Positions 1 through 8,345 of a stretch of 54,755 nucleotides of DNA are shown here, piece by piece. Position 1 is the first letter of the stretch, and each line of letters begins with the position of its first letter. The translations under genes were made by a program, and so were the position numbers. The DNA lies in sequence record SRR20825006_1162; one strand, given 5' to 3'. The notes under the pieces are model-generated. The model made no database searches. It was not told where the DNA came from and worked only from the letters and a program-made list of their open reading frames with translations.

Positions 1-24
1 AGAGTTCGAGTCTCTCCGCCTGTA
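1..24 (+). tRNA. 3' part of a tRNA (T-arm plus acceptor 3' strand), probably tRNA-Leu; truncated by window start
   Basis: AGAG-TTCGAGT-CTCT(C) T stem-loop, then 7-nt acceptor strand CGCCTGT and discriminator A; CCA not encoded; terminator immediately follows. Anticodon lies outside the window, so isotype is inferred. Confidence 0.8.
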
Positions 25-30
25 CAAAGG

Positions 31-66
31 AAAAACCTCTGGTGAAAATCAGAGGTTTTTTGTTTT
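31..66 (+). terminator. Rho-independent terminator downstream of tRNA
   Basis: AAAAACCTCTG-GTGAAAAT-CAGAGGTTTTT hairpin followed by T tract. Confidence 0.85.
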
Positions 67-265
67 CTATCCTTTAACACATATTAATTTCTCAATAGTG
101 TTACTCTTTAATTTTTAGGTTTTGATATTCTTGTTATTGATTTTTAAAGTCTTCTAAATTTTGGTAGGGCACAAATAAAATATAATTCTGTGTTTAACGC
201 GATGAAGCTATTATAAACAGCTACCTTTTAAATTATAGTTGCAAGGGTAATGTGCCTTCTTTGAA

Positions 266-345
266 ATATGTCGATATATTATGAATATTTCGACATATAT
301 TTGCAGTGTGTCGATGTCTTCGACATAGTTGTTTTTAAATGTCGA
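266..345. promoter_or_regulatory. Candidate operator array (five TGTCGA/TCGACA half-sites) overlapping the fic promoter
   Basis: ATATGTCGA(266-274)/TCGACATAT(290-298); TGTCGA(309-314)/TCGACA(320-325); ATGTCGA(339-345); Bacteroidota -7 box TATATTTG at 296-303. Confidence 0.65.
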
Positions 346-349
346 TATC

Positions 350-1423
350 ATGTTCAATCCTGAAGAAGCCTATAGCGACCTTCCTCTATTACCTCCAGTT
401 GTTGAGGTTGAAACCAAGAAAATATTAAAGCAAGCCATTGTATCCAATAAAATATTGGCGGAGTTGAAGGGTAGAGCAGATGAAATACCTAATCAATCTA
501 TGCTGTTAAACGCCATTACCTTACAGGAAGCAAAGGATAGTTCTGAAATTGAAAATATAGTGACGACACAGGACACTTTGTACAAAGCTTTTTCGTCTAA
601 TATTTCTACAACAGATGCTCAGACAAAAGAGGTTTTAAGATATCGTCAGGCATTATGGGAAGGATATACTGATTTAAGTAAAAGACCGCTCTCTACAAAT
701 TCCTTTATTCAAATCGTACAGACGATTAAAGAGAACAATTCGGCCATACGTAATACCCCCGAAACAAAAATCACGAGTAATGGTAAGACTATTTATACGC
801 CACCTGAAGGAGAGACTGTAATTAGAAATCTTCTCAAAAATCTGGAAGATTATATTCATGCAGATGACGATATTGATCTTCTTATAAAATTGGCAATAAT
901 GCATTACCAGTTTGAAGCGATACATCCCTTTTTTGATGGAAATGGGAGAACGGGTAGAGTAATCAATATGCTCTTTATGGTTGAGAATGGACTTTTAGAC
1001 ACTCCTATACTTTATCTTAGTAAATACATCATCGAACATAAGAATGCCTATTACGCAAATCTTAGAGGTGTAACCGAAAATTCAGCGTGGGAAGCCTGGA
1101 TTCTCTTTATTTTGAAAGGTATAGAGGAAACGGCATTATACACTTTAGAAAAGATTAACTCCATTAATCGTTTGATGCATGAAACCATTGTTTTCGCAAA
1201 AGAGCAACTTCCTGCTCGAGTGTATTCTAAAGAGTTGATAGAATTGTTGTTTGAACAACCCTATTGTAAAGTAAAATATCTGGTGGATAAAGGAATTGCA
1301 AAACGTCAAACTGCAGCGGAATATCTTAATGAACTTGAAGCAATCGGGATCCTAAAGTCACAAAAAGTCGGGGTTGAAAACCTGTATTTAAATGTCAAAT
1401 TGTTTGAGCTTTTAAAGCAATAG
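350..1423 (+). CDS. fic: Fic family protein adenylyltransferase (class II, SoFic-like, C-terminal winged-HTH)
   Basis: Catalytic motif HPFFDGNGRTGR; N-terminal inhibitory motif SSEIEN; C-terminal HTH-like segment. ATG at 350 preferred over TTG at 329. Confidence 0.92.
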   Translation: MFNPEEAYSDLPLLPPVVEVETKKILKQAIVSNKILAELKGRADEIPNQSMLLNAITLQEAKDSSEIENIVTTQDTLYKAFSSNISTTDAQTKEVLRYRQALWEGYTDLSKRPLSTNSFIQIVQTIKENNSAIRNTPETKITSNGKTIYTPPEGETVIRNLLKNLEDYIHADDDIDLLIKLAIMHYQFEAIHPFFDGNGRTGRVINMLFMVENGLLDTPILYLSKYIIEHKNAYYANLRGVTENSAWEAWILFILKGIEETALYTLEKINSINRLMHETIVFAKEQLPARVYSKELIELLFEQPYCKVKYLVDKGIAKRQTAAEYLNELEAIGILKSQKVGVENLYLNVKLFELLKQ

Positions 1424-1474
1424 AAGGTATTGAAAGCAGTCTTCATAAGACTTAAGAATAATACTACAAACAAA

Positions 1475-1511
1475 AAAAACCTCTGATGAAAATCAGAGGT
1501 TTTTTTGTTTT
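1475..1511. terminator. Bidirectional terminator between fic and the AKR gene; near-identical direct repeat of 31-66
   Basis: AAAAACCTCTGATGAAAATCAGAGGTTTTTTTGTTTT; one substitution and one extra T relative to 31-66; A tract and T tract flank the stem. Confidence 0.85.
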
Positions 1512-1517
1512 AAAAAA

Positions 1518-2540
1518 TTACTGTCTATATCTAGATTGGCGTTGCACCATCCAACCGGGATACAGCTTTGGTTTTGGACTTACCGCATCTATTTTTTCTA
1601 GATCTTCTTTGCTCAAATTGATTTCGGTAGACTTGATGTTGGATTGCAGTTGGTCTATAGTTTTTGCGCCAATGATCGTGCTAGTAACGCCTTGTTGATG
1701 GCGCACCCAAGCCAGCGCAATTTCAGCTACAAAAACCTGATGCACAGTTGCGAGTTCTTGCATCACATCAACCAAGTTAAACGCTTTGTCCTTATCAATA
1801 GGCGGAAAGTCAAAGTCGGCTCTTCGGGATCCTTTTTCACTGCTGCCTTGTCGAGAATATTTTCCGGTAAGGAAACCACCTGCTAACGGACTCCAAGGAA
1901 AAATTGCCAGATTATGATCTTGAGCCATCGGTACCAATTCGGTCTCAATATCTCTTGAAACTGCCGAGTAATAATATTGCAGTCCGATGAATTTTTGCCA
2001 GCCTTTGTGGGCTGCGATGGCTTGTGCTTTAGCAACCATCCACGCCGGCCAGTTGCAAATGGCGATATAACGAACTTTTCCGGTAGCTACGATATCATTC
2101 AGCGATTGTAAAATTTGTTCTACAGGCACTTTAGCATCTACACCGTGCACATATAAAATATCAATATGATCCAGCTGTAAACGCTTTAAACTCGCATCAA
2201 CCGAATTGAAAATATGGTAGCGAGAAAGGCCTACGTCATTAGGACTTTCACTCATAGGTCCCAAAACTTTAGTAGCGACTACCACTTCATCGCGATTGAT
2301 TCCTAGATCTTTCAGTCCTTGTCCTAGTAATTGTTCCGATTGCCCAAAGGAATACACATTAGCCGTGTCAATAAAATTTATTCCGGCGTCAAATACTGCT
2401 TTAAGCATCTGGTTCACTTCCTTTTGAGGTACCGATGCGATCTGGCTCCACGTTCCGGCATCTACACCGCCAAAGGTCATTGTCCCAAAACACAGCTCAG
2501 ATACCATTAGACCGGTATCGCCTACATAATTAAATTTCAT
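1518..2540 (-). CDS. Aldo/keto reductase
   Basis: GINFIDTANVY, VVATKV, DILYVH, PWSPLAGGFLTGKY motifs; ATG at 2540 preferred over 2618. Confidence 0.92.
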   Translation of the reverse strand: MKFNYVGDTGLMVSELCFGTMTFGGVDAGTWSQIASVPQKEVNQMLKAVFDAGINFIDTANVYSFGQSEQLLGQGLKDLGINRDEVVVATKVLGPMSESPNDVGLSRYHIFNSVDASLKRLQLDHIDILYVHGVDAKVPVEQILQSLNDIVATGKVRYIAICNWPAWMVAKAQAIAAHKGWQKFIGLQYYYSAVSRDIETELVPMAQDHNLAIFPWSPLAGGFLTGKYSRQGSSEKGSRRADFDFPPIDKDKAFNLVDVMQELATVHQVFVAEIALAWVRHQQGVTSTIIGAKTIDQLQSNIKSTEINLSKEDLEKIDAVSPKPKLYPGWMVQRQSRYRQ

Positions 2541-2616
2541 AAGTTTTCTTTTGTATTTAAAGTTATGCAGCCCGCAGTTGTTCTGTTTTAAATTGAGGTT
2601 AAAGTTTGATGCCAAC

Positions 2617-2647
2617 AAAAAAAAAGCCGGCGTTGCTGCCGACTTTT
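2617..2647 (-). terminator. Rho-independent terminator after the GH2 gene
   Basis: Minus strand AAAAGTCGGC-AGCAAC-GCCGGCTTTT followed by poly-T. Confidence 0.8.
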
Positions 2648-2669
2648 AAATCTTAGTGTGTTGTTTATC

Positions 2670-5306
2670 TTAGTTGAGATCGAGAGTTTGTTTTGGTACA
2701 TTCCATCCTTCGATCTCAATTTTTGCGTCAGTATTTTTTAGTTGATCATAGCTTAAGGTGATTTTCTTTTTGCCGCCAGGTGTTACAGATACATAGTTGT
2801 CACTAAAAAATGTGGGTAGCAAGCGCTCGCCTGTTTTAGCATCGATCAACGAAATTCTGTTAAAAAATGCCACCGGAAATTTTTCAGCAGCGGTTAGCGT
2901 TAATTCAATTTCGGTAGCTGAGATTTTCTTTACTTTAGCTGAAAGTTGCGCCTTGTCCATATTTTGTAATCCGGAATAAGTTCCGCTAGCATCAGGCAAC
3001 CAGTAAAAATTATCGCTCACCAATTCCTGATCTACATTAAGCAATTGAACTGATAAAAACATGCCCTCTTTAGCCCCAAGTTCTTCAATATAACGGGCTA
3101 TAGACATAATTTGACGCACGCTTGAAGGCTCAATGTAATTAAAAACTTGCGTGATCATCTTGCTGTTGCCTTCCATATCATAGGCAGTTAAACGCAGCAT
3201 AAGATCGTGCTGTTGCTCAAACGAGTTATTGACGATCATTATGTTTTGCTCAACGGGATCATACATCGCGTGCACGGGTTCGCTGCCGCTACGTAAACCA
3301 TATAAACAAGCGTTAGGATCCAGATAATAATCATACATCTGACCGCGTAAGGCAGTCCACGGGTTTTGGGTTTTCCAGATGATCACACCGGTATACCAAT
3401 CCCACATATGAGAAGAAAAGCCTTCCATTAAACCGCGATATTGGTTGTAATTTACCAATTGTGCTTTGGTGGCAAAATCCTCCATATCTTTTGGACTTCC
3501 GTAAGGCTCCATAGCGTCGCCATAATCTATGTATTTATGGTAGCTCCATACTTCGTCTTCCACTTTTTCGGTGCCTTCTAATTCCTGCGGAATCACTTGA
3601 TGATCTTCCGGCAAAAAGCGTTTTAATGAAACTGCGTCACCGGTTCCTACCGAGCCTACTTCAGAATTGAAAGGCCACGTGCGCTCACCCCAGAAGGTGT
3701 TGATGTTTTGAATGCCGTAGGGTCCATCGCCGTTTCCGCCTTTAAAATTGTACGACATCTCATCAGAATTTGAGTAGTCTATAAACCAACGGGTGTTGTC
3801 GTATTTTGGCAAGATCGAATCTTTAAGCGCGCTTAAAATATCAGCTGGCGGAGTGATCTCATTACCACCACACCAGATCGCTAATGAAGCGTAATTGCGT
3901 AGCATTTTAACCGCATCTGCAGCCGACTCGATAAACAAATTATGATCGTCAGGATATTGTCTGCGCGTCCACTGATCTTCTTTTTTCATAGGGTCAACCC
4001 AGCGCCCGTTGCAGTCGCCGGACATCCAGAAATCCTGAATCACCAGCAAGCCGTATTTGTCGCAAGCCTCATAAAATTCAGGACGCTCCGGCAAAGCTCC
4101 ACCCCAAATTCTGATCAGGTTTAAGTTCATATCTCTATGGAAACGAATCTCAGCATCATAACGTTCTTCAGAAAACCGAAGCATCGCATCTGAAATGATC
4201 CAGTTACCTCCTTTAATAAAGATTTTTTGACCATTGACGGCGATCTCTTTACTTCGGGTATGCGCATTCCAGCTCGTTTGTATCTCACGTACCCCAAATT
4301 GTACCTGTTCGCTATCAGAAACTCGATCTTCCACAACAAATTCAAGATTTAAGTCGTACAAGTTTTGGGCGCCATAACCACTGGGCCACCACAGTTTTGG
4401 ATTTTCTAAACTGAAATCAGGAAGTGCGATTTCTTTAGTTTCCTTAGCGGAAAGCGTTACCGGTGTCTTAATAGTTTTACCGTTGAGTTGGTATTGTAAT
4501 GTCCCGCTTACCGGTGTGTTTTGCGTGTTTTGCAGTTCCGCTGAAACTTGTAGCGTTGCAGGTTCTTGCGTTTCGCCCGGCAAGCGTTTTCCGGGAACCA
4601 AAGTCACAATATGTGGATTCTTAAGGTTTACCGATTTTGTTTTTTCAATAAACACTTTATCCCAAATCCCGGTGTTGCGATCCCGTACCGGTTGAATCCA
4701 GTCCCAGCCGGCGGTGTATTGCAGCGCTACACCTTTAGCGATTGTTCCATCACCACCTTGACCTCCATTAGGATTTCCCACTTCATCTGCCGGATGTACT
4801 AAAACAGCAAGTCTGTTTTTGCCGTTTTTATTGAGAAGAGAAGTAATATTAAACTCCCTACGCAGATACATTCCTTTAAAGGGCGTTTGATTTACTTTTT
4901 TACCATTTAAATATACATCAGCACTGTAGTTAATTCCTCTGAATTTTAGCCAGACTTGTTCGCCCGGTGCTGCGGTTTCCTCAAAATCTTTAGTGAACCA
5001 GTAGGTGTAATATTCCCGTCCGGTTTCATAAATATCCTTGATCTTGTTGTTGTTCATTCCGTAGAAAGGATCAGGAACTTTCTCATTATTAAGCAACGTA
5101 GTCAGCACTGTTCCCGGAACGGTCGCAGGCATCCATCTTTTTAGCTTAAAATCAGGTTGGGAGAGTGTGGTGCCGTTTTCTTTGGTATCGCCGATAGGAT
5201 TGCAAAACCAATCTGTATTCAATTCATAGCGCTCTTGAGCACTTAAAACTTGAATACTTAAACAAAGGCATAAAAAACAGGTAAAATACAGAAAGTTACG
5301 TCTCAT
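2670..5306 (-). CDS. Secreted GH2 glycoside hydrolase, beta-mannosidase/exo-glucosaminidase group (endo-beta-mannosidase-like)
   Basis: Signal peptide; ATVPGTV, GWDWIQPVRDRNTGIW, IRIWGG, WCGGNE (acid/base), NSEVGS (nucleophile region); ATG 5306 preferred over 5345. Confidence 0.85.
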   Translation of the reverse strand: MRRNFLYFTCFLCLCLSIQVLSAQERYELNTDWFCNPIGDTKENGTTLSQPDFKLKRWMPATVPGTVLTTLLNNEKVPDPFYGMNNNKIKDIYETGREYYTYWFTKDFEETAAPGEQVWLKFRGINYSADVYLNGKKVNQTPFKGMYLRREFNITSLLNKNGKNRLAVLVHPADEVGNPNGGQGGDGTIAKGVALQYTAGWDWIQPVRDRNTGIWDKVFIEKTKSVNLKNPHIVTLVPGKRLPGETQEPATLQVSAELQNTQNTPVSGTLQYQLNGKTIKTPVTLSAKETKEIALPDFSLENPKLWWPSGYGAQNLYDLNLEFVVEDRVSDSEQVQFGVREIQTSWNAHTRSKEIAVNGQKIFIKGGNWIISDAMLRFSEERYDAEIRFHRDMNLNLIRIWGGALPERPEFYEACDKYGLLVIQDFWMSGDCNGRWVDPMKKEDQWTRRQYPDDHNLFIESAADAVKMLRNYASLAIWCGGNEITPPADILSALKDSILPKYDNTRWFIDYSNSDEMSYNFKGGNGDGPYGIQNINTFWGERTWPFNSEVGSVGTGDAVSLKRFLPEDHQVIPQELEGTEKVEDEVWSYHKYIDYGDAMEPYGSPKDMEDFATKAQLVNYNQYRGLMEGFSSHMWDWYTGVIIWKTQNPWTALRGQMYDYYLDPNACLYGLRSGSEPVHAMYDPVEQNIMIVNNSFEQQHDLMLRLTAYDMEGNSKMITQVFNYIEPSSVRQIMSIARYIEELGAKEGMFLSVQLLNVDQELVSDNFYWLPDASGTYSGLQNMDKAQLSAKVKKISATEIELTLTAAEKFPVAFFNRISLIDAKTGERLLPTFFSDNYVSVTPGGKKKITLSYDQLKNTDAKIEIEGWNVPKQTLDLN

Positions 5307-5448
5307 AGGATGGTTGATAAGGATGCTGTAAATATTATAAAGCATCTTAAAACCTGAGAACTAATTCGACTAATAGCGCTTTTTGGCTAATAAATGGAAA
5401 CGAAATCGTTTAAAATATGAGAAATAAGCAATTTCTGGTTTTGGCCTT

Positions 5449-6333
5449 CTAAGACAAATGCTCTTTAAAAAAGGCTATTGTACGTTCCCAAGCCAGTTCA
5501 GCGGCTTCTTTGTCATAGCGCGGTGTGGTGTTGTTATGAAAACCGTGATTTACATCAGGATATAAGAACATCCCATATTCTTTATTGTGCTCTTTCAGTT
5601 TGGCTTCATAGTCTGGCCAACCGGCATTAATACGCTCGTCTAGCCCAGCATACTGTAGCAAAAGCGGCGCTTGAATTTGATCAATATCTTCCGTAGGTTG
5701 ACCACCGTAAAAGGGCACCGAAGCTTTTAAAGTAGGCACTTTTACCGCCATCATATTAGAGATAGAACCGCCAAAACAAAAACCTACCACACCAACGTTT
5801 CCGTTGCAATCCTCATGATTTATCAGGTACTCATAAGCCGCAATAAAATCTTCAAGCATCTCTTTGCTGTCTCTTTTACGCTGCATTGCACGACCGTCAT
5901 CATCATTGCCGGGATAGCCGCCAAGCGGACTCAAAGCATCAGGTGCGATGGTTATAAATCCCTCTAGTGCGGCGATGCGGGCGGTATCTTCGATATACGG
6001 ATTTAGACCGCGGTTTTCGTGCACAACTACAATTCCGCCTAATTTTTCAGTAGTGTTTTTAGGTTTCGAAAGCAGGGCTTTAATTTCCCCGCCGCCTTTT
6101 GGTGAATTGTAAGTGATGAATTTAGAATCCAGATTAGGATCGTCAGCAGCGATGCGTCTGGTGGTTTCATAATCAGGCATAAGAAAACTCAGTAAAGCAG
6201 GCACCGTGATGCTTCCTACGGCAAACATAGAAAGCCGTTCAACAAATTCTCTTCGCTCTAATTTATTGTGCGCATAAGCATCATAAAGGTCAAAAACTTC
6301 TTGTTTAATGTCTTCTTTCTGTAGTTTTTTCAT
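5449..6333 (-). CDS. Dienelactone hydrolase family protein (YghX-like)
   Basis: VVHENRGLN, GFCFGG nucleophile elbow, HGF; RREF twin-arginine-like segment. Confidence 0.9.
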   Translation of the reverse strand: MKKLQKEDIKQEVFDLYDAYAHNKLERREFVERLSMFAVGSITVPALLSFLMPDYETTRRIAADDPNLDSKFITYNSPKGGGEIKALLSKPKNTTEKLGGIVVVHENRGLNPYIEDTARIAALEGFITIAPDALSPLGGYPGNDDDGRAMQRKRDSKEMLEDFIAAYEYLINHEDCNGNVGVVGFCFGGSISNMMAVKVPTLKASVPFYGGQPTEDIDQIQAPLLLQYAGLDERINAGWPDYEAKLKEHNKEYGMFLYPDVNHGFHNNTTPRYDKEAAELAWERTIAFFKEHLS

Positions 6334-6344
6334 AGCCAGATTGT

Positions 6345-7526
6345 TTATTGTGTGATGTACATTACCGCAGAATCTTCGATATATTTTGAGGGATTAAACA
6401 CCGCATTAAAGTTAGAATCTACCTGATCAATACTGCTCTCCAGATCTCTTAGTTTGGTTCTGAACTCTTCGGCAAAACTGTCATTTTTAGAAAAATGCGT
6501 GATCAGCTCTTGGTATTTTCCAATATTGCTTTTCATACGTAGGGTTAGTTGGCCAAAGCGTTGACGCAGCGACTGCGTTTTTACCATAAAACGCTCTACT
6601 TCGGTCAGCCAGTCTTTATTGCCTTGCTTTTCCCATTCAGAGATTTTATTATTGATAGATTTTCTGAATTTATTTTTGAGCGTTTCACGCTCGCTGTCTA
6701 GAGTCGCGTTTTGATACTGAGCTACCGCACTCATATCTAGGCCGTAGTATTTTGCCTGTTCTTCAAGTAAGCGGTTGTATTCATTTTCAAGCTTATTAAG
6801 CTCTTCGTTGATGCTTTTCCACTCGTTGTCTATAATGCTTTGTTGCTGGCTGAATTGACTCGCCGTGTTGAGCACGTTGAGCATTTCTGGAGTTTTATCA
6901 CGTAAGTCTCTGCCTGTTCCGCCCACAATTTCCATTGCTGAAGTGATTCCGGTAGAAAATGTCTGAAAAAGAGATCCGTAAAGCGGTACATTACTAGCCG
7001 GTTCGTTAAGTACAGTAATGCTTTTGTTGATCAAATCTAGCCAATTGTCTTTACCTTTTTTGCGCTCATACCATTCTTGATATTCTTTAAACCATGCTTC
7101 ATAGGCCGGATAATTCATTGGGTTATTGATCGCCGCGATCTTGCTGAAAAATTCCTGAGAAGACAGCAGTAGGTTGCTGGGTTTTATATCGCGATGAATG
7201 CTCATCAATTCGGTAAAGGCCAATTGACCATTCAATTTTAGTTGAATTTTTCTAGAATTCTCAAGTAGGGTAATTCGGTTTTCCTGTTTAGAAATGATGC
7301 TGTCTAGACTTCCCAGACGTTGGCTGGTGCGGTTAGGATTGAGGTCAGAAAACTCGCCTTGAAGCGATTTCAGTTTAATCGCATTATCTTCTAATTGCTT
7401 GTTGAGGTTAAGCAGCAACGAGTCGCGCTCTTTTATGATTTGTAACGAAACTTGATCTTGTGCCTGCACGCCAAGCGCTGAAAATGTGCAGACTAGAATT
7501 AGATATAGTTTATTTAGGTTGTTCAT
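6345..7526 (-). CDS. Hypothetical secreted alpha-helical/coiled-coil protein
   Basis: Long ORF, Sec signal peptide ending VQA-Q, heptad-rich; TATTTTTG -7 box upstream at 7545-7552 on minus strand. Confidence 0.8.
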   Translation of the reverse strand: MNNLNKLYLILVCTFSALGVQAQDQVSLQIIKERDSLLLNLNKQLEDNAIKLKSLQGEFSDLNPNRTSQRLGSLDSIISKQENRITLLENSRKIQLKLNGQLAFTELMSIHRDIKPSNLLLSSQEFFSKIAAINNPMNYPAYEAWFKEYQEWYERKKGKDNWLDLINKSITVLNEPASNVPLYGSLFQTFSTGITSAMEIVGGTGRDLRDKTPEMLNVLNTASQFSQQQSIIDNEWKSINEELNKLENEYNRLLEEQAKYYGLDMSAVAQYQNATLDSERETLKNKFRKSINNKISEWEKQGNKDWLTEVERFMVKTQSLRQRFGQLTLRMKSNIGKYQELITHFSKNDSFAEEFRTKLRDLESSIDQVDSNFNAVFNPSKYIEDSAVMYITQ

Positions 7527-7637
7527 ACGGTTAAAGTTTAAAACCAAAAATAGCGAAATAACCCTTGGCAGAATGTTAACTATTTTAACATCCTAAAACC
7601 TTTGAATTCTTTGCTTTAGCTTTAAAACTTTAACAAT

Positions 7638-8345
7638 TTAATTGCCAGACTGATTGCGAAGTATGGCATTTTTTGCGTCTTCTAAATAATTACGACCTAT
7701 GGTATAACGCTTGTTTGCAATCTCAACACTGTTGCCTTCAACGGCATCAACTTTATTGATATTGGCGGTGTATGACCGGTGAATACGCACAAACTGAGCG
7801 CTAGGTAATTCGTCAGTAAAACTTCCCAATGTTTGATGGACCACGTAGTTGCCATTTAGGGTAATTATCTTGATATAATCTTTGAGACTTTCTACTAGAA
7901 GAATGTCATCAAGGTATACTTTTTTCATCTTCTTCTTGTCAACCTTCACAAAGATCGATTCGTTTTCTGTGGTGCTTTTAGGAGCCTCCTGAGTTTTTGC
8001 GATCGCCTTATTGGTAGCCTTTAAAAAACGAGGTAAAGAGATGGGTTTTACGAGATAGTCAAGTACTTCAAGTTCAAAACCTTCAACGGCGTACTCCTCG
8101 TGCGCCGTGGTTAGGATTACCATAGGCTTGTTGTCTAAACTTTTTAAAAAGCTTAATCCGTCAAGTACCGGCATATTGATATCCAGAAACAGCAGATCGA
8201 TCTCAGTGGTGCGTAAGAAGTCTAGACTCTCGATCGCATTGTCAAATGTTTTAATAATTTCCAGACCTTTAAGTTGTGCAATATGATTTTTAATCACATT
8301 GATGGCTAGGGGTTCATCGTCTATGATCACACATCTTAAACTCAT
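7638..8345 (-). CDS. LytTR family DNA-binding response regulator
   Basis: IIDDEPLA, FLDINMP, DYLVKP receiver motifs; FVRIHRSY LytTR motif; ATGA overlap with kinase. Confidence 0.95.
   Translation of the reverse strand: MSLRCVIIDDEPLAINVIKNHIAQLKGLEIIKTFDNAIESLDFLRTTEIDLLFLDINMPVLDGLSFLKSLDNKPMVILTTAHEEYAVEGFELEVLDYLVKPISLPRFLKATNKAIAKTQEAPKSTTENESIFVKVDKKKMKKVYLDDILLVESLKDYIKIITLNGNYVVHQTLGSFTDELPSAQFVRIHRSYTANINKVDAVEGNSVEIANKRYTIGRNYLEDAKNAILRNQSGN

Noticed and set aside
266-345. CRISPR-like or iteron array
   Set aside because: Repeats are 6-9 nt, in alternating orientation and irregularly spaced; no cas or rep gene.
1-1511. Prophage or integrative element at the tRNA
   Set aside because: No integrase, transposase or phage genes, and no repeat of the tRNA 3' half seen; only the terminator is duplicated.
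1486-1698. 70-aa ORF after fic as a possible antitoxin
   Set aside because: Starts inside the terminator hairpin and is antisense to the AKR; Fic already has a cis inhibitory motif.
5398-5411. AAACGAAATCGTTT palindrome upstream of GH2
   Set aside because: Short, AT-rich, single copy; not enough to call an operator.
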